Positions 53,811-64,000 of a stretch of 64,000 nt of DNA are shown piece by piece. The position numbers and the translations under genes were made by a program. This stretch comes from Eukaryota sp. GEM-RC1 (Eukaryota). Position 1 is the first letter of the stretch. Each line of letters begins with the position of its first letter. A model generated the notes under the pieces. The model was not told the DNA's origin, did no database searches, and saw nothing but the letters and a program-made list of their open reading frames with translations. The stretch spans positions 1,364,001 through 1,428,000 of the forward strand of contig JAUFOQ010000013.1 in the NCBI GenBank assembly GCA_040285855.1, read 5' to 3'.

Positions 53811-54170
53811 CTTCCACTAGTAAAACATATTCCATTATTTCGTACAGGGTTCACAAAATTAGTCCACAATTCAAATATAAACTAAAATAAAGTGAGCTAC
53901 TTTAGTTTAAGAAAAGTTATATCCTCTTGTATGGTGGAAACTGAACGAAATCAGATTTCCTTGTCCTGTTAAAGTTGCAAAACTTTTTTAGCTGATCCTG
54001 CAACATCTGTAGCATCTCAACGATATTTTTCAATGGCAGGGTTCATTAAGAGAAAGTGAAGGGCTTCAATCAAAGATCAGACCTTAAGGTCCCGCTTGTG
54101 TTTAAAGGACTGGATTAGTTGAGGTGAAGAAAATTGTTCACACTGATAAGTCATTATACCTATGTCCGGT

Positions 54171-54514
54171 TCAACACGGTGTTGGAAAATGATCAACACG
54201 TGTTGAATAAAGTCTGAAAGGGAGAACAGAACAACTCACTTTAAGATCAACCAATGGAAACACACATCTATTTTTCACTAATGTTACAGCCGAACCAAGT
54301 TGATAAATTGGAACTGATTTTCAACGATTCCATGAAAACATGAAGAGCTCATCAATTATACAGTTAACTTTTGAGTAAACCTAAATTTTCTACCTTTTCT
54401 CAATATGATTCTATCAAGAACAGTAGAAATTTACCCAAATTCATTGAAGTGACAGAAGAGTGACATATCCAACACGTGTTGAACTTCTCGAAAACCGCAT
54501 TCAACACGTGTTGA
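54171..54514. repeat. Four copies of palindrome (T)CAACACGTGTTG(A)
   Basis: At 54171 (variant), 54193, 54470 and 54501, arranged as two pairs upstream of the transhydrogenase. Confidence 0.75.
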
Positions 54515-54565
54515 GGTGACTCCAATATTATACTGTGGCACTTTAGTGAAGCCTATCCTACTAGT

Positions 54566-56520
54566 ATGTCACTAATTCTCAATCACCTCCTCAGTCTCCC
54601 AAACCTCTTCAAAGAGTGTATCTTATCTACAATTCTTGTGTCTGCATTAATCGTTCTTTCCTTGTCATCCTTGAAGGCCATCAGCACCAGTAAGTCATCC
54701 ATATCTCTAGCCGGATCGGCATTGGTTTGATCTCTTCTGGATTCGTTTATTCTAGTTCCTCGCGGTTGCTTTCAATTCTTCTCATGTATCTAGCTCACTT
54801 CTTCTGGTGATCAAAATCGTTACCGTGCTCTCCATTGTCATCACAAGGCGTTTCCCTTTCCAAACGCTCCCTCAGATGGTCAGTGTTTATAATGGTCTAG
54901 GTGGACTCGCGTCTCCTTTGATCGCTTTTGCCTGGTTTTTTGCTTATGAAGTTCCAACATCTCTTATGCTGATCATCGTCCTTTCTGCAATCTTTGGAAC
55001 ACTTACTTGGTCAGGTAGTATTGTTGCTGCTTTGAAACTCCAAGGATGCATAAGAACCACATTATCATCGTCTCGATCAAGAACTCTGTCTCTTATTCTC
55101 TCCTCTGCTTTAACGATCTTTGTTGTTGTTCTATGTATTGCCAATACTGAAACTCGTGCTTTCTTCTGTCTTCTGTCAATTACCACAATCACATTCGTCA
55201 TTGGTGTAATAATGGTTTGTTATCAAATGGACCCTTCTTACTTTAGAGTCTTGCTGTTGGTGGTGCTGATTCCCCTGTTCTAATTAGTGTTCTCAACTCC
55301 CTCAGTGGATGGAGCGGTGCCTTCTGTGGTATGCTTACTGGAAGCAGTGTCTTAGTAATTGTTGGTATTCTCGTTGGATCCTCAGGAATCATTTTGAGTC
55401 AAGCCATGGCTGTTGCTATGAATCGTCCCCTGACTGCTGTTATTTTCGGTGGAAGATGAAAGTTGCCGCTAAACACGACTATGATGCTTCCCAAGTACAA
55501 ATCGCTTCTCCCAAGGATTTGGTTGATGCTTGCCTTGACGCCAAGAAAGTGTTGTTTGTTCCTGGATTTGGACTTGCTCAAAGTAGAGGAGGGCCAATTG
55601 TCGCTGAAATCATGAAAGATCTACAAAGCCGTGGTATTGTTGTTCACTTCTGCGTTGCTGGTCGTATGCCTGGTCATATGGCAGTCATTCTTGCTGAAAA
55701 CAGCATCCCTTATGAACTCATCTTTGATTTGGATGAGCTCAAGGGTCAATTTGAAACCTATGACGTTGCTATTGCCATTGGTTGCGCTGATACAATCAAT
55801 CCCATTGCTCAAGAATCCAAAGACTCCAACATCGCTGGAATGCCTATTTGTCCCGTCCATCATTGCAAGAAAGCTTATGTTCTCAAGCGTTCAAAGAGAC
55901 TCGACTCTGGATATTCAGGTGAACCACTTACTCTCTTGGTCAAGGAGAACTGTAGAACTGTATTAGGAGATGCACGTGAATCTCTTGGTGCTATTCAATC
56001 CAAACTCAATGACGTTCCCAAGTCTAATGTCTCTGCAAACACAGAAATGACTGTTTCAATTACTGTTGAAGCAAAAGCTTGTGATACACCTATTCAAGTT
56101 TCCGAGAAGTCCTTATCTCCTGTTAATGATATCGAATTTGTTGAAAAGAAGGAAGGAAAACAGGAATTGTTGGAGATGTTTCAAAATAATGATAGATTTC
56201 ATTTTGTTGTGGTAGCGTTGTTTTCAGTTTTGGTTGCAATACCAAAGAGTCTAATGATATTAGAAATGCTTTTAGTTCTTGTCCTCGCTTCCATTGTTGG
56301 ATTCTTCATCATTTGGTCCGTGCCTGCCAACCTTCATTCTCCTCTTATGTCTTTGAGTAATGGAATTTCTGGAATTGTCATTTTGGGAGCCATGAGTTTG
56401 GTTGGAAGTGACGTTGTAGTTGCTAATGTTTTGGCTATCATTGCCGCCTCCGCTGCTACTATCAACATCAGTGGTGGACTTACAGTAACTTATATGATGT
56501 TCCAAAAGATTACTGGTTCT
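54566..56520 (+). CDS. NAD(P) transhydrogenase, beta(dII)-dIII-alpha2 fusion lacking dI; reads through in frame to 57387
   Basis: GGADSPVLISVLNSLSGW, GSSGIILS, VAGRMPGH, LHSPLMSLSNGISG, NISGG. Introns at 54725-54755 and 55215-55246; frameshift near 55453. Confidence 0.88.
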
Positions 56521-57411
56521 ATGGGTCTAACCACTTGGGGAGTACGTAAATATGGTCGGTCACTATTTAAGCCTAAACAACAAACAGTATTTTCTGAGGA
56601 TCTGTATATAGACGTATTCAAAAAATGCATTAACAAATTCAACCAAAGAAATTCAGATTTTAATCATCCTCCGAAAACTAATAGTCAAAAGCCTTTTCAT
56701 ATTGAAGGACCAAAGGATCCCAAAACACAGGAAACTTTTAAACGAATGGGAAGTGATCCAAAATTAAAGAATGCATTAAAAGCTTGTTTAGGATTTGTCC
56801 GAACAATTAATCCCAATACGACAGTGGTTAGTCTTAGTGCTGCAGTTGCATCATTATATTCTAAAGGAAGTAATCGTCATGTGAGAGTGGCAGTAACAAG
56901 TGCCGTAACTGCAATTGGAACCACTATTCTCCAAAATAGTGGGTTATCATTAACTTCTATACGTAGGAATCCTAGTCGTGAGTCAGTAAGACTTAGAGCT
57001 AGTGACTTATCTGAAGAGGAAACTATGGGTGTATTATTACGAATGATTGGAGATACCGTTCAGCTGATTAATATTAATTATGCCACCGAGGCATTGGTTG
57101 ATGGAACTATAGACGGGAATCCTGATTATCTAATACCTAATCTAATAAGTGCGTTCGAAGTAACGAATTCTGAGAATCCCATTACCAATGTTCGTGATTC
57201 AGTAATTAATGGTGCTGTCAATGCTATAATAGATCATTCCGAATATCATATTAGAGCTTATCTTACTAGTGGTCGTGGTGCATTGTTAGATATATCAAAT
57301 ACTGCAATAATCCACCATGATCCAAAGTTTGCTAAAAACGACAACGTTAATGAATACGGAGAATATATTGATGTTGAACCTATCTAATTATTTTAAAAAA
57401 ACGATTCATTT

Positions 57412-58072
57412 TTATTGAGTTTTTACTCTACTCCATCCACATTTAGGATTAATACAGGTTTCTATAATGGTCTCAGCTTCATCACCAGCTCGAGTAGTTC
57501 TATATTTCGTCAATAATGATTCTTGTTTACATCTTGGGCATTTAACATATACCATATCTTCTCCTGTAATAAATTGAGATTCCTTAAATCTTGCATATAA
57601 TTCATTTAAATGAATTAACATGTTTGAATAATGCGAATCAATTTCTTCAATGAAATTAGATTCGAATTCAGTGGTTTTGATACCATTTAATTCATTGTAA
57701 AATTTTTCATATCCCTTCATTTCGATTTCCATTATGTGCATTTTCTCATTATATTTTTCAATGGTCTTAAACAATCCTTGTAATAATTTGAAATACAAAA
57801 TTTGATTCTTTGGTTCACAAAAATAGACAACGTGATTATTTTTTTAGCTTCTTTTACATTGATTACATTTTTTACATATGTTTGATCAACATCCCTCATT
57901 TCTTTTCAATTGTATATTCTGCCAATGATACATGTTCTTCATATGTTTCATTAAAAGATGATGTTAATTCATATTCATCTCGTAATGTAATTTTTCCCAA
58001 AAACTTTAGTCGATTTTCATAATCTTTAATTTTCTTTATCAATGAATCATGATCTTTTCTAATTTCAATCAT
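57412..58072 (-). CDS. TFIIS/RPO30-like transcription elongation factor (virus-like)
   Basis: C-terminal ribbon CPRCK...TTRAGDEAETIIETCINPKC (cf. QTRSADE). Extends upstream through A-run frameshifts to the ATG at 58072. Confidence 0.75.
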
Positions 58073-58076
58073 TTTT

Positions 58077-59006
58077 GGACTTTAATAATCGTATTAGCTT
58101 GGCTAAAACTAATAGTCCCGAGTTCGCTGCTTTTTTAATCGATCTTTGTAATAGTGGACCTTCTGGATTTATTTCTCAAATTCCAAAGGTGTATGGATTA
58201 CATCTATCTGATGAAGCTTGGATGATCAATATGCGTCTTCGTTTGGCTATTTGGCCTGCAAATTTATTAAACTATTCAACGTGCTCTTGTGGAGCTAATG
58301 GTGTTTTTCGTCATTTAATTAATTGTCGTTATTTTATTCATCTCCGTGCAGTAATTCATGATGGTGTACGTGATTCTTGTTATTCCATGTTTAAAGCACA
58401 TGGTTTTCACTCTAAAGTTGAACCAGTTTTGAATCATCTTTCAGAAAATGAATTTACTGATCAAAAACGAGGGGATCTACATACTCCGTGGCTTAAATCG
58501 AGTCAAGCATTAATGGATTTTACTACAGTAGATGTATGTAACAAATCTTGTGTTAGTAGGATATTAGATTCTTCTTTTAATCCATTAACAGCAGCTGAAA
58601 AGCTCAAACACACCAAGTATGACTCTCAAGTAGAAGAATTAAATAGAAACTCATATTCCAAATTTGTGTTTCAACCTTTTGCTGTTTCTCTTTTGGATCT
58701 ATTAGTCCTGCTGGTGATCAATTTTTCAAGGATTTCGAAGAATTGTGTAAAGAAAAGAAGCGTAAGTTTAGAATGGCTGAATGGAAAAACCGTATAGTGT
58801 TTTCCATATATCGGAATATGCCTTTCTATTTCTCTAGATTAATTGAGAAATTGTACAAGTTTGGTGTGAAGGTTCATGTAGATAAACGTAATCTTTTACC
58901 GGGTGGTGATGAAGTCGTTTGGATTTAATCTTAGTATTATTTGTTTGTTTTTACAATTTCATAGTTTGTAGAAAGGTTACCTTATTGGGTGCCGAATAAA
59001 CATCTC
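58077..59006 (+). mobile_element. 5'-truncated CRE-like non-LTR retrotransposon (family A; CCHC plus restriction-like endonuclease)
   Basis: CSCG...HLINC, IHD, KVEP, RGD, D, K..KY, FQPFAVS motifs. 3' end ggttaccttattgggtgccgaataaa. Apparent TSD TCATTTTT at 58069-58076 and 59007-59014. Confidence 0.85.
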
Positions 59007-59063
59007 TCATTTTTTTAAATAAATAAAATCATTTTTTTATATAAAAGATTTTTTATTGATAAA

Positions 59064-59405
59064 ATGTCAAAAAAACAACAATTGGCATTATATGGAAAGT
59101 TTTATACTGATGTTAATAACATTGTCAATTCAGACTTAGATTATTCAAGTAAAGTGATTAGAATCAAGAATGAATGTATTATTGGAGTGAATTATTCACT
59201 AACTTGTATTGATAAACCATCTGTAGATTTAAAAGTAATGACTTATGAATTATTTTACAAATATATATCAAATATAATTGATGCTAGTATTGATGATGAA
59301 AGTAAAATTAATGAATGTTTAAAAGTTATATGTGGTATTCCATTTACAATCGAATTACTAGATCAAGTGGCAATTAGAAGAAAAAGAACAAAGGAAATGA
59401 ATTAA
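59064..59405 (+). CDS. Hypothetical protein within the virus-like block
   Basis: 113-aa ORF with AAAATG start and AT-rich codons. Confidence 0.5.
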   Translation: MSKKQQLALYGKFYTDVNNIVNSDLDYSSKVIRIKNECIIGVNYSLTCIDKPSVDLKVMTYELFYKYISNIIDASIDDESKINECLKVICGIPFTIELLDQVAIRRKRTKEMN

Positions 59406-60650
59406 ATATTTAATTCTTGTAGTTCAAGGTGAATATCAAAAGTTCAAATAAATCATTTCTTTTTGTTTGTTTAATTGTTCGAAGTAATTTATCTTAATCT
59501 ATATCATCCATTGTCCATAAATCAACTTCTTCTAAATCATATATATCCTTATATACTGGTGCAACATAATCAGGAACTTCGGGTATTATTATTATTTTTA
59601 CTTTTATTTTTAATTTTGATACAATTTTATAAAAATGTTCTTAATCTATACCAACTTTTTCAAGTTCTTTTTAAAATCATCCCATATACGTTCCTTATAA
59701 TATAGATCATATTTATACAAAAATATAGCAATAACTGTCAACGCATAAGATTTTGCATATTCTGGTTTTGGATTTAATTGATTATAAATTTCATATAGTT
59801 CAGGATAAAATCCCATCAATTCAAAACCATATTCTCTACTAATATTTGATGCATAGGATAGGATAATACAAGATGTTTATTCGGCACCCAATAAGGTAAC
59901 CTTCCTACAAACTATGAAATTATAAAAACAAACAAATAATACTAAGATTAAATCCAAACGACTTCATCACCACCCGGTAAAAGATTACGTTTATCAACAT
60001 TAACCTAAATAGCTTAGGATTGTTTGATTCATTTCAATATTTGGATTAGGAATATCAATATCCAATGCTCGTTGTTGAATAATTTCATTACACCATTCAC
60101 AACATAAATCACCACCAACATCATATGTTGGGAAATCTTCAACCAAATTATGTTTACAATAAACTACAGTATATAATTTTTTAGATAAAATAAATTATCT
60201 TTTAATTTTATTTTTGGAAACTTTGCTAATGCTTTTTCTTCATCAACTTTTACGTAATCAACAAATTCACCTACCATTTTAAAATCATAGTCACTGTCAA
60301 TTTCTGGATAGTCAATCTTAACAGTACCAATTTCAAATTTTATTTGTTTTTGATCAGGATGTTTTGGATTTATTATCATTGGATTAATTTCTTTTTCTTT
60401 ATCAATGCAATTAACCAAAATTCTAAAATTAATTAGATACTTTAACAAAACATCAACATCATAATATAGCATTTGAAATTTAAATAAATCTTGATGAGAT
60501 TTTAATACATAATAACCAACTATTTTTACAAATTTACATTCGTGGACTATATAAGCATCAGGATTTTCTTGATTTAAATCACTTTCATTAATATATCGAT
60601 TGACATATATATAGCAAACATTAATATTAACAGTACATTTATAAATTCAT
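59400..60650 (-). pseudogene. Decayed ORF with CxH...CxxC motif, interrupted by a retroelement fragment
   Basis: ORF 60164-60472 continues by frameshift into VYCKH...CCEWCNEII; further broken frames extend to about 59400. Confidence 0.4.
59871..60006 (-). mobile_element. Short 3' end of CRE-like family A
   Basis: Reverse complement of about 58870-59005. Confidence 0.88.
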
Positions 60651-60969
60651 TAACATCATACTGTATGAAAGTGAAATTTATACGTCACACATTATTGAAT
60701 CCGATCATGGAAGGTTAGATCTGGAATTAAATCTATAAAATGGAAGAAAAATTGTCAATTCAAGGAAATATGGAATCAAAGACCTTAACATATAATGGAG
60801 GGAGGAAACCCTCTTATTTACTATATTAATGTTTAGATTGCTTATGGCGCATTGCGCCACCAGTACGAGTTCTTCGGAACCCCCTCGGTTATTTGGGAAC
60901 ATTATTTAAATAACGGAATGTCATTTTTGGCGGGGTTATTTAAATGTTATATAGTTTCTTTAATTAGAT

Positions 60970-61290
60970 TCTATTTATTATGCAGACAATCATCCTTCGG
61001 ACTGAGTCGTACATAATTGTATTTTTATATAAATAATTTTCTCTAAGATTTTGATTATAAATGTAATAGATCAAACAACTAGTATTTGATGTCATTAAAA
61101 CAACACCCGTCGCTATCAAACCTCACAACAGCTTTGTCCTCATAAAACGAACTCACTGCTTATAAAGCTTTGGAGATGATTAGGGGAACTGTTTTAAAAA
61201 CTGTAAAAACGATCTGATTCAACCATAACATATGATCAAAACGTTTGTTCATCCTATTTTTTACGATTTTTCCGAAATCGTTTAAAAAAT
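60970..61290 (-). mobile_element. CRE-like family B 3' fragment with putative 3' UTR
   Basis: Minus strand NDFGKIVKNRMNKRFDHMLWLNQIVF...DSDGCCFNDIK, then an AT-rich tail ending ...gtctgcataataaa. Confidence 0.65.
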
Positions 61291-61379
61291 TTAATGCACT
61301 TTTCCTAAACGTCCGTAGATTGAAACGGCAAAGGGCATAATTCGAAAAAATAAATAATTGTTATTTTTTTTAAAAAAAA

Positions 61380-61736
61380 ATGGATATATATTTTGATGAT
61401 TACTTACTAGTAGCAGAATATGGATAAGTATTACATGAGAATTACGTAATAGATGCGTCATTGAGATCACTTACAGCACAAATTTATACAAATGATGATT
61501 CACTAACATCTTGTTTTCCTGAAAGTACTGTACATAAATTAAAATCCCATCAGTGGGGCGATTATTACACAAATGATGTTAAGCATAATTCCAAAACCAT
61601 GTCATTAACTACATGTGATCCAATTGTTCGTATAAAACGACATTTAAATATTGAAAATATTGAAAAATATCCAAAACCATCCAAACAATTAGTAAAACCC
61701 TTAGATAAATATGCAATCATAAAAGAAAAGATATAA
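61380..61736 (+). pseudogene. Hypothetical ORF with one internal stop, in the virus-like block
   Basis: T-run/A-run-ATG start at 61380; in-frame TAA at codon 16. Confidence 0.4.
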
Positions 61737-61895
61737 ACAAAATGTATTTAATACAAGGCAACAATACCACAATTAATACATCTATTTATACAAATGAATC
61801 GTTATATAAAGATTATTTAAATCACATCAACACACAAAAAGTTTACACTGTTTAACAATCACGTCATCAAAACAACAATTCTTTATTGAGGAAAT

Positions 61896-64000
61896 CTACA
61901 ATTGTTTCATAGTACTAATCACAAGATTCATTGGTGTTTTCAATGAAGGAGCTAGAGTTTTCATAGCAGTACTAGCAGCCGCAAAGTTACCTTCAGCCAA
62001 TTTATCAACACAAGCATTAAATTTCTCAGCAAAATCAATTCGGACATTTCGGGAGTTTAACTCGTGTAATAGATCAACAACCTTCCCTACAGCAGTGTCT
62101 ATTCTGGATAGTTTCTGCTTGGGCAAAGGACGATCGGACCAAGAAGAAATGACTTGAATCAGCTTAGCAACTCCAGGACGGAAGTTGTCCAAAATATTGG
62201 AAACGTCAACTGATTGCATTGCGTCCCTTGGTTTAGAGTAAGCCTCGACTACCTTCGACTGGCTAGGGGGTGATTGGACCGGGGTATGCATCATAGGGGG
62301 CTGTACCTGGGTATGCATGGGGGTTTGTACCTGGGTGCGCATAGGGGGTTGCATTTGGGAGTGCATGGGAGGCATTTGGGGTTGAACGGGGGGCTGTACC
62401 TGGGTGTGGAGGAGGGGTTGTACCTGGGGTTGCACAAGGGGTGGCGTGGCATGATGTTTAGGGGGAAGTGAAACTTCTTGTTTTCCTGGTACCTCATACC
62501 CAAATCTCTTGAGAACTTCATAAACTTCATCAAAAACTGATCGAATAACGTCATCATTTTGAGCTGATGGCACAGCTAAGGACAACAGACAAATCCTGGC
62601 CAAAAGAGGTGCCATGTTTGAACCATTATACCGTTCTCTCCAAGATCTGACCAAGAGATCATAACTCTCAGAAATGATTAGTAGCAAATCATGAACGTTA
62701 GGTGAAAGAGTTTCTTCGAGATTCCGTGAAAGTAAAGAATTGGACAGATTAACAACATGTTCTTTCAATTCGGGTTCAGAAGCGAACTCTAGAAGGAATA
62801 ACAGACAATATTGCCAATTTTCTTCATCCACAACTGACTCAATCACATCGAACTCCCTAGTCAAAAATGCTCTGAGAAAAACGTCATCAATCTCATCAGA
62901 TCCGAGTTTTGATAGCAATCGTAGGTCGGGATTGAGACCATGGATATTCATGAAGAGGACACTTGCTTTCAATAGGAAACCGTTGTCAACTAGCAATTCA
63001 TAAGCAGACTCACGATCTCCTAATGCTAGAAATTTGATGAATTCCTGCTTGACTTCTAAGGAAATCTCAGTGGACAAATTCTCCTGTTCAATTTCCATCG
63101 ATTCAACAGATTTCACTGACAAATTCTCAAAGAAATCAGCATCGTCATCAATGGCCATCGGTGACGTATCTTCAGTCGTCTCAACTTCCTCTTCTGCGTC
63201 CTTTACAAATCCAAACACCTTAAGCAAAGCCTCTTTAGTACTAGACTTGGTTAATTCCTTTAAAAAGTCAGTAACAAGAGAATCACCGACTAATTGAGCC
63301 ACCTCATTAACGTTAGACTCCTTGAACAATCGTAGCAACGAGTCTAAGTCGGAAACTGATTGACTCGAAAGAGGAAGCCAGTGACGTGCGAATTGAGCTA
63401 CGGTACCTTGAACACTAACTGACATCGCGTCATCAAGTGCCACGTTGCAGTCTGATTGACCTCTATTACACGCAATCCAATCAGGAATCACAGTCATATT
63501 CTTAGCAGAGAGGCAAGCAGTCGTATAGAACTTAGACTCCGATCCAATAACAGCAGCTCCAGACAAACAAGGAGACAATGACAGAGAAGTGACACGTGTC
63601 GAGTCAGTGTTAGACTCCAAAGAGGCGGCCAATCCACAATCAGAAAGTGATTGCTGATTGGTGTAGAGTAGTCGCACGTTTCCACCAACGTCACCAGCGG
63701 CAATGAATCTATAGTCTTGAGGGAACCAAGCTACAGCAGAGACAGCATAGGGAAGTTCTTGGACGGCAATGGGGGCGGTACGGTTACGCATTGACCAGAG
63801 CTGGACGGAAGGAGAATCTCCAGCAAAGCCAACAGCCAGGAGGGTGGTGATTTCAGGAGACCAACAAAGAGTGGTGGGAGCGGAGGATCCGAGATCTAGC
63901 TTCATGATGATTTGGTTCTTACTGAGATCGAAGACGCATAAGAGATTCTTGTGTGATTGGGGATCAACACAAGCAAGTGCGGCGATTCGATTGACCTTGG
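61896..64000 (-). CDS. SEC31: COPII coat protein Sec31 (5' part outside the window)
   Basis: WD40 repeats (WSPE..T.L.V...SPSVQLWSMRN..AP), DDDADFFENL, Pro/Gln-rich region and helical C-terminal domain. Confidence 0.85.
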   Translation of the reverse strand, partial: KVNRIAALACVDPQSHKNLLCVFDLSKNQIIMKLDLGSSAPTTLCWSPEITTLLAVGFAGDSPSVQLWSMRNRTAPIAVQELPYAVSAVAWFPQDYRFIAAGDVGGNVRLLYTNQQSLSDCGLAASLESNTDSTRVTSLSLSPCLSGAAVIGSESKFYTTACLSAKNMTVIPDWIACNRGQSDCNVALDDAMSVSVQGTVAQFARHWLPLSSQSVSDLDSLLRLFKESNVNEVAQLVGDSLVTDFLKELTKSSTKEALLKVFGFVKDAEEEVETTEDTSPMAIDDDADFFENLSVKSVESMEIEQENLSTEISLEVKQEFIKFLALGDRESAYELLVDNGFLLKASVLFMNIHGLNPDLRLLSKLGSDEIDDVFLRAFLTREFDVIESVVDEENWQYCLLFLLEFASEPELKEHVVNLSNSLLSRNLEETLSPNVHDLLLIISESYDLLVRSWRERYNGSNMAPLLARICLLSLAVPSAQNDDVIRSVFDEVYEVLKRFGYEVPGKQEVSLPPKHHATPPLVQPQVQPLLHTQVQPPVQPQMPPMHSQMQPPMRTQVQTPMHTQVQPPMMHTPVQSPPSQSKVVEAYSKPRDAMQSVDVSNILDNFRPGVAKLIQVISSWSDRPLPKQKLSRIDTAVGKVVDLLHELNSRNVRIDFAEKFNACVDKLAEGNFAAASTAMKTLAPSLKTPMNLVISTMKQL

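Larger units (their letters stand above)
56521..61800. mobile_element. Putative endogenous DNA-virus-derived block
   Basis: Abrupt shift to more AT-rich, intronless, tightly packed ORFs with AAAATG starts, including a TFIIS-type gene; ORFs partly decayed. Confidence 0.55.

Noticed and set aside
2990..55460. Programmed ribosomal frameshifting (Euplotes-style) to explain frameshifts in many genes
   Set aside because: Shifts occur in A, T and C runs with no shared slippery-stop motif, affect essential genes, and differ between the two duplicated copies. Homopolymer sequencing error is the simpler explanation.
60844..60860. GGCGCATTGCGCC hairpin as a viral replication origin
   Set aside because: Single short hairpin with no nonanucleotide motif or Rep gene.
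62280..62445. Tandem ~24-nt repeat
   Set aside because: Encodes the expected Pro/Gln-rich region of Sec31.
1..64000. Non-standard genetic code
   Set aside because: TAA, TAG and TGA all terminate conserved genes; internal stops are explained by introns, indels or decay.

Overview
Compact, AT-rich eukaryotic (protist-type) genomic window with tiny 27-35 nt spliceosomal introns and many single-base frameshifts in homopolymer runs, most likely long-read assembly errors. Housekeeping genes (polycystin-2, RPB5, CPSF4, SAC3/GANP, TTLL, Rpn12, PEN-2, Vps34, YbaK, YggS, proteasome alpha1, Mog1, acyl-CoA synthetase, Sec31) are interleaved with accessory DNA. Highlights: (1) an inverted-duplicated gene fusing RING, protein kinase, arrays of PBZ (PAR-binding)-type zinc fingers, a putative DarT-like ADP-ribosyltransferase domain and a VWA domain; (2) a ~5 kb AT-rich, intronless, virus-like block with a TFIIS-type gene, fused in frame to a transhydrogenase and hit by CRE-like retroelements; (3) a transhydrogenase lacking its NAD-binding domain I, close to a bacterial-type alanine dehydrogenase; (4) gene-fragment duplications, two non-LTR families and a MITE. 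All calls come from motif recognition by eye; no database searches were run.
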